Shown here in pieces: positions 21,938 through 29,831 of a stretch of 64,000 nucleotides of DNA. Position numbers and translations under genes: made by a program. The notes below the pieces were generated by a model. The model was not told where the DNA came from, did not search any database, and worked only from the letters and a program-made list of their open reading frames with translations. Numbering within the stretch: the first letter of the stretch is position 1; each line of letters begins with the position of its first letter. The DNA comes from an uncultured Thermoleophilia bacterium (lineage in GTDB: Bacteria; Actinomycetota; Thermoleophilia; Miltoncostaeales; Miltoncostaeaceae), in NCBI GenBank assembly GCA_963777565.1, contig CAVZQZ010000007.1, forward strand, positions 55,209 through 119,208. The letters are read 5' to 3'.

Positions 21938-22300
21938 GCCCCCCGAGTAGGGCTTGCCGTCGGCGGCGGGCGGGGTCGCCCGGCCGATGAAGCCGACGAG
22001 GGCGATGAGCGTGACCACATACGGGAGGGCCTTCAGCAGGTCCGGGTTGATGCCGACGCCGCCGAGGCGGTCGGCGAGCGCAAGCGAGAGCCCGAACGCT
22101 GCGCTCCGAGAACATCCCGCCGAGTGTCGCCAGCGTCAGAGGCGTTCCCGCGCGGAGCATGGCCGCGAACAAGCCGGCATCACGACGTCCTCGAGGGTGG
22201 CCACATCCGCACGCGTGGCCTGGAGGGCCAGTCGTCCGCAGAGCACGGCCGCGGTGATGGCCCACCACCCCTGGGCCCGCAGTTTGCGCGGTGGGCGGGC
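21938..22300 (-). pseudogene. Remnant of a BPD_transp_2-type (Bmp/nucleoside-sugar) ABC permease, with frameshifts and a large internal deletion
   Basis: Three minus-strand frames carry consecutive permease pieces: ...WWAITAAVLCGRLALQATRADVATLEDVV, then AGLFAAMLRAGTPLTLATLGGMFSERS, then GLSLALADRLGGVGINPDLLKALPYVVTLIALVGFIGRATPPAADGKPYSGG. The N-terminal and C-terminal signatures abut with about 250 codons missing between them. Confidence 0.5.
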
Positions 22301-22310
22301 CTTCGCCGGC

Positions 22311-22898
22311 TCAGATTCCGAGCGCGCGCTCGAGCCGGCGCCGGAAGCGCTCGGCCCCGAGCCGGCGCCACTCCACGAGGAAGCGCTCGTACAGCTCGTC
22401 GCGCTCCACGGTGCGCCTGGCGAGCAGGGCCTCGATGCCTGGGCGCTCCGACGCCGTGCCCGCCGCGTCGAGCTGCGCCCGGAACCGCTCGAACGCCTGC
22501 TCGCGCTGCACGCGGCCGCGGCGGCCGACCGTGCCGGTCTCACGGAGGAGGGCCCGAGCGGCAGCCGCATCCCGCTCCGCCAGGCGCTCGAGGTGGTCCT
22601 GCAGCATGGGAACCTGGACGTCCCGGTCGTGAATGTCGCCAAGCAGGTCCTGCATCACCTTGACCTCGTCGATGAAGGGCTCGAGGTCGGCCGTGAATCC
22701 GACCTGGAAGATCTCGAGGAGGTACCGCAGGCGCTTGAACGCGATGCGCATGTCGTGGAGCTCGCGCACCCGACCGGGGTGGGTCACGTGAGGTGCGTAC
22801 GACCAGACCTCGTCGATCCGCACGGCCAGGATCCGCCGCGCATTCGGCCGCAGTCGCCGGCTCGGGTCGAGTCCGTGGATGCGGGCGGGCTTCGCCAT
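22311..22898 (-). CDS. CHAD domain protein (short, 195 aa)
   Basis: Starts MAKPARIHGLDP. CHAD motifs are VRELHDMRIAFKRLRYLLE and LLGDIHDRDV. Begins 2 nt after the upstream CHAD ORF. Confidence 0.8.
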   Translation of the reverse strand: MAKPARIHGLDPSRRLRPNARRILAVRIDEVWSYAPHVTHPGRVRELHDMRIAFKRLRYLLEIFQVGFTADLEPFIDEVKVMQDLLGDIHDRDVQVPMLQDHLERLAERDAAAARALLRETGTVGRRGRVQREQAFERFRAQLDAAGTASERPGIEALLARRTVERDELYERFLVEWRRLGAERFRRRLERALGI

Positions 22899-22900
22899 CG

Positions 22901-23416
22901 CTACCCGCTCGGGGGCTTCGTCTCGAGCCGCTCGACGTCCACTCCCGTCGCACGCCCGACCCACCGCTCGAACCGCGGGCCGAATTCATCTTGTTCGATG
23001 CGCGCGAGCAGGCCGGCGATGTGGACCGCCTCCTCGGCGCGACGCTCGCGGTACTCGAGGATCAGCGCCTCGACCCCGACTCGCTCGGCGGGGGTCATGT
23101 CGTCGAGAAGCGCCATGAGGCCTTCCATCGCGACATCGAGATCCCGCGCCGCGCCGAGCGTGTCGGTGACCTCCTTGACCACCTTGAGTCGCTTGCGGAA
23201 CGACGACGCCGGGAACGCCGCCGCGAACGCGTCCATCGCGGCCCGCAGTCGCCGTGACGAGACGCGCATGGCGTGGAGCTCCTCGATGTCTTCGCCGGCG
23301 ATGGTCCCGGGCCCGTAGCTCATCATCTCGCGCCAGCGCGTGACGATGATGCGCCCCGCGGCGTCGGCGAAGTGGGCATTCTGATGGAGTCCTGGCACAT
23401 CCCAGGCCTTCGCCAT
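22901..23416 (-). CDS. CHAD domain protein (short, 171 aa), paralogue of the downstream ORF
   Basis: Starts MAKAWDVPGLHQN. CHAD motifs are IEELHAMRVSSRRLRAAMD and TLGAARDLDV. Start chosen inside ORF 22901..23749. Confidence 0.8.
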   Translation of the reverse strand: MAKAWDVPGLHQNAHFADAAGRIIVTRWREMMSYGPGTIAGEDIEELHAMRVSSRRLRAAMDAFAAAFPASSFRKRLKVVKEVTDTLGAARDLDVAMEGLMALLDDMTPAERVGVEALILEYRERRAEEAVHIAGLLARIEQDEFGPRFERWVGRATGVDVERLETKPPSG

Positions 23417-23730
23417 CAGATGGTGTGCCCGATCAGAACGGCGCCGCGCACCGCGTCGCGGAGATCGGTGGGGCGCGCCATCGACGACCAGTCGACGTCG
23501 AGCTCCATGGCCAGGTCGACGGCGGCCCGGATGATGTCCTCCGGGTGGAGGCCGCCGCCTTTCGCGGCCGCGCCGCGGAGCCAGCGCACCTGGCGCTTCG
23601 ACAGGCTCACCTGCGCCCGCACCGTCGCGTCGCGCCGCCGCGTGCCGATCGCCTCGGCGTCGAGCTGCCGGAACGTCGGCCTCGGGCCGGGTGCGCTGTC
23701 CAGCATCACCCGGTAGGTCACCCGGCTCAT
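23416..23730 (-). CDS. Small protein, possible ribbon-helix-helix DNA-binding fold
   Basis: 104 aa, with an ATGA overlap on the ATPase stop and a TGATG junction with the CHAD start. The segment RAQVSLSKRQVRWLRGAAAKGGGLHPEDIIRAAVDLAMEL has a strand-helix-helix pattern. Fold assignment is inference. Confidence 0.5.
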   Translation of the reverse strand: MSRVTYRVMLDSAPGPRPTFRQLDAEAIGTRRRDATVRAQVSLSKRQVRWLRGAAAKGGGLHPEDIIRAAVDLAMELDVDWSSMARPTDLRDAVRGAVLIGHTI

Positions 23731-24584
23731 TCCGCGCCCCCTGCCTCACGTTCGATGTCGCGATCCTCGGAGAGGTCGCGGATGAGATCCTCGCCGATCT
23801 GCGTGTCGCCGCGCGCGTAGCCGACGAACAGCGCGTTCGCGCACAGCAGGTTCACGAGTCGCGGGACGCCCTCCGTCTCCTGGTGCGCGGCGGTCTCCGC
23901 CCGGCTCGAGAACAGCCGACGCGTGGCGCCGGCGACGCGCGAGCGGTGCTGGATGTACGTCGACACCTCGTCGCGGTCCATGGTGCCAAGGTGGTAACGG
24001 ACGACGACCCGCTGTGCGACCTGCGGAAGCCGCCTGATGTGCGCGCCGAGCTCGGGCTGGCCGAGGAGCACCACCGGCACCGCGGGTCCGCCGCCGGAGT
24101 TCGTCAGCATGCGCAGCTCGTCGAGCGCGCGCGCGTCGAGTCGCTGCGCCTCGTCGACCACGACGACCGGCCGGCGCCCAGCCGCGACCTCGTCGGCCAG
24201 CCGGGCCCGCAGGCGCACCGCGAGGCGCCCGGCACCGCCGCCGCGCACCGGCGAATCGGCCGACGCCAGCAGCGCCGCGAGCAGTCCCGACGGCGTGCGG
24301 GGCGGGTTCGAGACGCCGACGACCGTGAAGCCGTCGGTCCCGAGCGTCTGCTCGAGCGCGCGCGCGAGCATGGTCTTTCCACACCCGACCTCGCCCGTGA
24401 TCGCGACGATCCCCCCGAGCTGGGTGAGGCCGAACAGCATCCGTGCGAGCCCCTCTTGATGGGCGTCTCTGGGGAACGCGAACCGCGGCTCGGGCTCGAG
24501 CTGGAACGGCGCTTCGACGAGCCCCCACCAATCGAGATAGGGGTGGCGCGACGTGCGGGGCGGGATTGCGCGCGCATCAAGCAT
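23727..24584 (-). CDS. ExeA/GspA-like AAA+ ATPase (AAA_22, COG3267-type)
   Basis: 285 aa. N-terminus YLDWWGLVEAPFQLEPEPRFAFPRDAHQEGLARMLFGL; Walker A TGEVGCGKTML; Walker B PVVVVDEAQRL. Confidence 0.8.
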   Translation of the reverse strand: MLDARAIPPRTSRHPYLDWWGLVEAPFQLEPEPRFAFPRDAHQEGLARMLFGLTQLGGIVAITGEVGCGKTMLARALEQTLGTDGFTVVGVSNPPRTPSGLLAALLASADSPVRGGGAGRLAVRLRARLADEVAAGRRPVVVVDEAQRLDARALDELRMLTNSGGGPAVPVVLLGQPELGAHIRRLPQVAQRVVVRYHLGTMDRDEVSTYIQHRSRVAGATRRLFSSRAETAAHQETEGVPRLVNLLCANALFVGYARGDTQIGEDLIRDLSEDRDIEREAGGAE

Positions 24585-24706
24585 TTCCGCAAACTAGCAG
24601 CGACTTCGGGCGGCAGTGATGTCAGTGCGGTGACAGCGACGACCCCGTTCGGATCCCCGCACGGGCGCCTCGTGGTAAGGTCATCGACTCGCCCGGGCGC
24701 CCGCGG

Positions 24707-25756
24707 ATGGACGCCGACAACGAACACAGAGGAAGCGACGCCCTGATCGACGATCGCCCTCCGAAGACGCTACGCAGGTCCCGTTTCGTCCGGCTCCTGG
24801 TCATCGCCGGTCTGGTCGTGCTCTCCATCCCGGCAGTTGCCGCCGCGGCGCAGGCGATCTCACGGCAGATGGAGTCGGTCCGCCGGCTCGAGGCCGAGAT
24901 CGCGGGGCTCGACTCGCGCTATGGCCAGGCCGCCGCCGCGTACGACTCCGCACATGCCCGCCTCACGGCGGTGAGGGGCCGGATCCGGGACAACACCGAT
25001 GCGCTCGCGCGCGCACGCGTCGAACTCGCCAAGGCGCAGGCGCAACTCGCATTCCGCGTATCGGCGATCTATCGTCAACCGCAGCCGTCGGGGCTCGAGG
25101 TCCTGTTGCGCTCCGGCAGCCTCTCCGAGGCCACGGCACGCATGGATCTGCTCGAACGGGTGCAGCGCCAGGACGGCGAGTTGGTGAAGAGCATCGCCGC
25201 CACTCAGGAGCGCATTCGCGCGGCACGCGTGCAGCTCATCGAAGACCAGAAGGTCGCGAAGCAGGAGTCGAAGGAGGCGAGGGTCCGCCTCGCCGAGGTG
25301 CGCTCCGTGCGCGCGGCGCGCCGGGGGGTGCTGCTCTCCGCACGCCGTCAGCTCGTGGTGCTGATCGCCGCCGAAGTCAGCCGGCAGGCCAACGCGCGTC
25401 GGCTCGCCGCGCTCCGCGCCGCGCAGGGCCGCGTGGCGCGGCGCACGGGCACGGGTGGGGGGGCGGCAGCCACACCGGTGGTGTCCGCCCCCGCTGCGCC
25501 CAGCGGCAGCGGCACCGGCACCGACGTCAGCTCCACGCTCGGGAAGATCGCGCTCTGCGAATCGGGCGGCAACCCGACCGCGGTGTCGCCGAGCGGCCTC
25601 TACCGCGGCAAGTACCAGTTCGATCCCCAGACGTGGCAGAAGCTCGGGGGCTCTGGGGGCGATCCCGCGGCAGCTCCGGAGGCCGAGCAGGACCGCATCG
25701 CCGGTATCCTCTACAGCCAGCGCGGCGCGGCCTCATGGCCCGTCTGCGGCCGCTGA
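24707..25756 (+). CDS. Rpf-like (resuscitation-promoting-factor type) transglycosylase with an N-terminal TM segment and a long coiled coil
   Basis: The C-terminal domain reads LGKIALCESGGNPTAVSPSGLYRGKYQFDPQTWQKLGG...WPVCG. The upstream part is heptad-rich (RLEAEIAGL...AKAQAQLA). Confidence 0.8.
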   Translation: MDADNEHRGSDALIDDRPPKTLRRSRFVRLLVIAGLVVLSIPAVAAAAQAISRQMESVRRLEAEIAGLDSRYGQAAAAYDSAHARLTAVRGRIRDNTDALARARVELAKAQAQLAFRVSAIYRQPQPSGLEVLLRSGSLSEATARMDLLERVQRQDGELVKSIAATQERIRAARVQLIEDQKVAKQESKEARVRLAEVRSVRAARRGVLLSARRQLVVLIAAEVSRQANARRLAALRAAQGRVARRTGTGGGAAATPVVSAPAAPSGSGTGTDVSSTLGKIALCESGGNPTAVSPSGLYRGKYQFDPQTWQKLGGSGGDPAAAPEAEQDRIAGILYSQRGAASWPVCGR

Positions 25757-25779
25757 ACCGACCCCCGGGGGGATTCAGC

Positions 25780-26277
25780 TCAACGCCGCTTGCGCTGGAA
25801 GACGTCCAGCGCAAGCGACGCCACGCGGTCCAGGATGATGATCCCGTCGAGGTGGTCGATCTCGTGGAGGATTACCCGTGCCTCGAACCCGGCGGCCTCG
25901 ATCCTGAGTCGCGTCCCGTCGAGGTCCGTGTAGCCCACCGCCACTCGCGTGGGGCGGCTCACGTTCGCGGTGATCTCCGGCAGGCTCAGGCATCCCTCTC
26001 GGCCGATCTCCGTGCCCTCGTGCTCCTCGACCACCGGGTCGACGAGCCAGATCGGCCCGGCCGCGTCCGGCGCCTTGGGGTGACCCGTGCAATCGACGAA
26101 GGCCATTCGCCACAGTGCGCCGATCTGCGTCGCGGCGATGCCCACGGTGCGAGGGTAGTGCCGCGCGGTGTCCTCGAGGTCGCGCGCCAGCCGCCGGGCG
26201 GCGGGGCCGGGAGCGCGGATCGGGACGGCGGGTGTCTTGAGGCGGCGGTCGGGATAGCGAAGGACGTCGCGGATCAC
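25780..26277 (-). CDS. def: Peptide deformylase
   Basis: Carries the three deformylase motifs: GIAATQIG, EGCLSLP and HEIDHLDG. Confidence 0.9.
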   Translation of the reverse strand: MIRDVLRYPDRRLKTPAVPIRAPGPAARRLARDLEDTARHYPRTVGIAATQIGALWRMAFVDCTGHPKAPDAAGPIWLVDPVVEEHEGTEIGREGCLSLPEITANVSRPTRVAVGYTDLDGTRLRIEAAGFEARVILHEIDHLDGIIILDRVASLALDVFQRKRR

Positions 26278-26329
26278 GCGGCGAAGGTCCCGTGGCGCCG
26301 GATCCCACGGCCACTTCCAGGGCGAGGCA

Positions 26330-26857
26330 CTAGATCACCTCGTCGGACTCACGCTCGACGTGGAGTTCGACGTGCTGTGCATCGGTGACCGGGCGGAGGG
26401 CCGACTCGACCTGCGCCGCGTCCATCCCGTCGGGCAGCTCGGCCTCGATACCGAGCACATAGACCGGGGGGTCGCCCACGACGCGGCTCGACAGGTCGAC
26501 GATGTTGACCTCGAGCGCCGCCAGCGCGTGACTGACGGCATGGACGATCCCGGGGTGGTCCGCGCCGTACACCGACACCACGCACCGTTCGGCGTGGCTC
26601 TCGGTCGTCGCGGCGGTCGCATCGCCGACCCACACCTCCAGCCCGAGCCTCCCCGCGGCCGGCGCGAGGGCGGCCGCTGCCGCATCGCGGTCGACGTCGT
26701 CCGGCACCTCCACCGCCATGACGATCGCGAACGAGCCCCGAAGCAGCGCCGCGCGGCAGTCCTGCAGGTTCGCACCGATCGGTAGCAACGCCTCCGTCAG
26801 CCCGGCGACGATCCCCGGCCGGTCGGTGCCGATCGCGGTGATCGCGAGCTCACGCAC
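26330..26857 (-). CDS. Tandem ACT-domain protein (GcvR-like)
   Basis: Reads VRELAITAIGTDRPGIVAGLTEAL... with a second repeat VVSVYGADHPGIVHAVSHALA. GTG start chosen inside ORF 26330..27010. Confidence 0.7.
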   Translation of the reverse strand: MRELAITAIGTDRPGIVAGLTEALLPIGANLQDCRAALLRGSFAIVMAVEVPDDVDRDAAAAALAPAAGRLGLEVWVGDATAATTESHAERCVVSVYGADHPGIVHAVSHALAALEVNIVDLSSRVVGDPPVYVLGIEAELPDGMDAAQVESALRPVTDAQHVELHVERESDEVI

Positions 26858-27857
26858 CGTTGCCGACGCCCCAGAGCCATTCACGGAGCGACGTGTGGTG
26901 CGCGGGGCTTCCGCCCCCCGCAAGCTCGTGGCGGATCTCGCCGAGGATCGCCGAACGCTCGGCTTCGACGTCGTGCGTATGGATGGTCTCGAAGTTGACC
27001 TGGTGGGCATGCACGAACGTCCCGTCGGGCAGATCGGGAAATTGCTCGGTCACCCCCCGGATCATCTCCCGGACGCTGTCCTCGACGAAGCGCGGCCGTG
27101 CGTGTGCCTTCGCGACGACGAACTGCTCGTCCGGGCGCTTCATCAGCTCGTAGATCTCCGACGACATGCCGTCTTCCACGATCGCGATGAGGGTCTCGGC
27201 GGGAACCACCCGGTCCGTCGCGCCGATCAGCAGGGTTCCACGCGCGCGCTGGTTGTGGGTCGCGATCGGCACCCGCTCGACGATCCGAGCGATGTCCGCC
27301 TCGTCGAAGCCGTCGGCGCGCAGCGCGACCTCGGCTTGATCGCGGATCAAGCCCTGGGCGCATGGGCAGGCGTTCATGCCCTGCGCGCTGACGCCCACGA
27401 CGCTGCGGCTCGAGGTGCGGTCGGCTGCGCCGATCCCGATCAGCCCGTACATCTCCTGCGTGGGGATGTCGGTCACCGGCGTGCGGCGCTCGACGGGGTA
27501 GCTCGCCCGGATCGTGACCTCGCTGCGCAGCGCTCGCTGGATCGCGACGACCCGGCTCGCGATGTGTTCGGCGAGCGTCTCGATGATCAGCGCCTCGCCG
27601 ATGACGACCTCGTCGATCGCCTCGTTCAGTGCCTCCTCGAAGCGCGACATGTGCACGCCCTTCTGCAGAGGATCGAGGTCGACATGGCACTCGATCTCCG
27701 CCTGGAAGAGCTGCTCGGCCTCGCCATGGCGGATGCGTATGGATTTGGCCGACCTGGTGATGCCGGCTTTCGAAAGGCTGATGGGGGTGGCGGGGAGCGA
27801 TGCCTGGAGGTCGTCCGGGAGCTCGGCCGCGTGTTTGGGAGATCGGGTTGTCGTCAC
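26850..27857 (-). CDS. folE2: GTP cyclohydrolase I type 2 (FolE2/MptA family)
   Basis: The core reads HVDLDPLQKGVHMSRFEEAL...GMNACPCAQ...ATHNQRARGTLLIG...VNFETIHTHDV. The start is uncertain; GTG at 27857 was chosen. Confidence 0.75.
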   Translation of the reverse strand: MTTTRSPKHAAELPDDLQASLPATPISLSKAGITRSAKSIRIRHGEAEQLFQAEIECHVDLDPLQKGVHMSRFEEALNEAIDEVVIGEALIIETLAEHIASRVVAIQRALRSEVTIRASYPVERRTPVTDIPTQEMYGLIGIGAADRTSSRSVVGVSAQGMNACPCAQGLIRDQAEVALRADGFDEADIARIVERVPIATHNQRARGTLLIGATDRVVPAETLIAIVEDGMSSEIYELMKRPDEQFVVAKAHARPRFVEDSVREMIRGVTEQFPDLPDGTFVHAHQVNFETIHTHDVEAERSAILGEIRHELAGGGSPAHHTSLREWLWGVGNGA

Positions 27858-28059
27858 GCCGGGGATTGTGACGCGCCGCGGTCGCGTCGCACAAGGCCAC
27901 CCGTCCGGTGGGTCCCCGATCCGTCTCGCCGCGCCACCTCCCTCCTTCGGCATGCCGCGCCGACGCGCGTGGTACGAACGTCCCGGATCGGGCGTATACT
28001 CGACAGGGGCGTGACCGGGACGGCATCGAGCCCAGGGGTGTGGAAATGACGGTCGCATC

Positions 28060-29166
28060 ATGAAGCCGGTTGGCCAGAGGATCGAGGCGCCGCTTCCGAG
28101 TGTTGCCGAGCTCCGTGCGCTTGCCCTCGTCGGTCGCCGAAGGGGAACGCTGAACGCCGACGAGATCGCCGCCGCCGTCGACCGGGGCAACATTCCGAGC
28201 GGGCAGGTCGAGGAGTTCCACCAGTACCTCGCCGCCAGCGGGATCGAGGTGCTGGAGACGGAGCAGGGGGCGGCGCTCGGATCCGACGCGCTCCCCCTGA
28301 CCGACACCGACCGGGCGCCCGAGCTCGACCTGTCGGTGGAACCCAGCCTCGACTCGCTGCGCCTCTACCTCCGCCAGATCGGGCGGGTGCCACTGCTCAC
28401 GGCCGAGCAGGAGGTCGCCCTCGCCAAGCGCATCGAACGCGGCGACACCGACGCGAAGTCCCAGATGGTCGAGGCCAACCTGCGGCTGGTCGTGTCGATC
28501 GCAAAGGGCTACCTCGGCCGAGGCCTGTCCCTGCTCGACCTCATCCAGGACGGCAGCCTCGGCCTGATCAGGGCGGTGGAGAAGTTCGACTACCGCCGCG
28601 GCTACAAGTTCTCGACGTACGCGACCTGGTGGATCCGCCAGGCCGTGAGCCGGGCGATCGCCGACAAGTCGCGCACGATCCGGATCCCGGTCCACATGGT
28701 CGAGAAGCTCAATCAGGTCGTGCAGACCGAACGCATGCTCGTGCAGCGAATCGGCCGTGAGCCGCGCGTGGAGGAGATCGCCGCCGAGCTCGGCTTCCCG
28801 GTCGCCGAGGTCCGCGAGATCCAGCGCATTGCCCAGACGCCGATCAGCCTCGAGCGGCCAATCGGCGACGAGGAGTCCGCGCTGGGTGACTTCGTCGAGG
28901 ACGAGCGCGCGCCCTCGCCGTTCGACGAAGCGTCGGAGACGATGCGCACCGACCACATCCGGCGAGCCCTGGCCGCCCTGCCCGAGCGCGAGCGGCGCGT
29001 CATCGAGCTGCGGTTCGGGCTCCGGGGCGACCAGCCGCGCACGCTCGAAGAGGTCGGCCGAACGTTCGGCGTCACGCGCGAGCGGATCCGTCAGATCGAG
29101 AACAACACCCTCAGGAAGCTCGGGGCGATGCCCGAGTCACAGCCGCTCCGCGGCTCCGTCGGCTAG
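28060..29166 (+). CDS. RNA polymerase sigma-70 family factor, group 1/2 (primary-like)
   Basis: Regions 1.2-4.2 are present: [64 protein letters not shown] and [20 protein letters not shown]. Confidence 0.9.
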   Translation: MKPVGQRIEAPLPSVAELRALALVGRRRGTLNADEIAAAVDRGNIPSGQVEEFHQYLAASGIEVLETEQGAALGSDALPLTDTDRAPELDLSVEPSLDSLRLYLRQIGRVPLLTAEQEVALAKRIERGDTDAKSQMVEANLRLVVSIAKGYLGRGLSLLDLIQDGSLGLIRAVEKFDYRRGYKFSTYATWWIRQAVSRAIADKSRTIRIPVHMVEKLNQVVQTERMLVQRIGREPRVEEIAAELGFPVAEVREIQRIAQTPISLERPIGDEESALGDFVEDERAPSPFDEASETMRTDHIRRALAALPERERRVIELRFGLRGDQPRTLEEVGRTFGVTRERIRQIENNTLRKLGAMPESQPLRGSVG

Positions 29167-29181
29167 CCCGCGGGCGTCATG

Positions 29182-29559
29182 TCAGGCCGCGGGGACCACC
29201 GTGGCGAAGACGGCGCCGCGCGGACGCGACGCGAGGTCGTCGAGGTAGGCGTCGAGGGCGCGGATCGCTGCGGGGCTGAGGCCCCCGTTGCGCTCGGCCC
29301 TGAGTTGGATGAGCAGGTCGACCGGCCGCAGGTACACCCGGGCCGCCTGTGAGAGCCCCGGGCGCAGGCTCGGGAGCTGGAAGTTGGTCCGCCAGCCGGC
29401 GTGTCCGTCGGCGGTCTCGTTGAGCGTGCGGCGGACCGCCAGGAGGAGCTCCGCGAGGGTCTCCGTCGGCAGATTGGCGTGCGCCTCGTCGAGCAGGCTT
29501 CGGATGCCCATCACCCGGGCGTTGTCGGTGCGCTGCGGACGCTCGGGGGTCTGTGACAT
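29182..29559 (-). CDS. Hypothetical protein (125 aa)
   Basis: Starts MSQTPERPQRTD with AGGAG 7 nt upstream. Helical, with no recognised family. Confidence 0.5.
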   Translation of the reverse strand: MSQTPERPQRTDNARVMGIRSLLDEAHANLPTETLAELLLAVRRTLNETADGHAGWRTNFQLPSLRPGLSQAARVYLRPVDLLIQLRAERNGGLSPAAIRALDAYLDDLASRPRGAVFATVVPAA

Positions 29560-29691
29560 CGGTGCTCCTCTCATCGAATCTCCCGTGATGCGCCCACGGT
29601 AGGGCTCGCCGTCGGCGCGATGGGTGACCGCCTGGTGGCAATGGTGTGAGCGGTTGGCTCCTCGGTCTCGTGCACCCGATGACCACAGTCG

Positions 29692-29730
29692 GTTCACATC
29701 CCCGCAACCAGAACGTCACTACCTGGGAAC
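29692..29730 (+). promoter_or_regulatory. Candidate PHO box: four hexamers with 11-nt phasing upstream of pstS2
   Basis: GTTCAC (29692), CGCAAC (29703), CGTCAC (29714) and GGGAAC (29725). The spacing is exactly 11 nt, and the array lies 100-140 nt upstream of the pstS2 start. It resembles actinobacterial PhoP direct-repeat units (GTTCACC-like). Confidence 0.3.
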
Positions 29731-29831
29731 CGCATGGCCGGCGGGGTCTGCCTATCGTCGGCACCGCGTCGAGCCAATCGGGTGGACCTCGACCGATGCA
29801 CTCATGAAATGACGAGAAAGGTGCTCAGCCT

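Noticed and set aside
27866-27896. Imperfect palindrome TGTGACGCG-n7-CGCGTCGCACA just upstream of the chosen folE2 start
   Set aside because: It is imperfect and GC-rich (expected by chance at this base composition). It lies only 10 nt from an uncertain start codon, and I could tie it to no known operator.
29167-29193. Hairpin CCCGCGG-n13-CCGCGGG between the convergent sigma-factor gene and the 29182 ORF, as a bidirectional terminator
   Set aside because: The stem is short (7 bp), there is no U-tract on either side, and the loop overlaps the stop codon of the minus-strand ORF. The evidence is insufficient.
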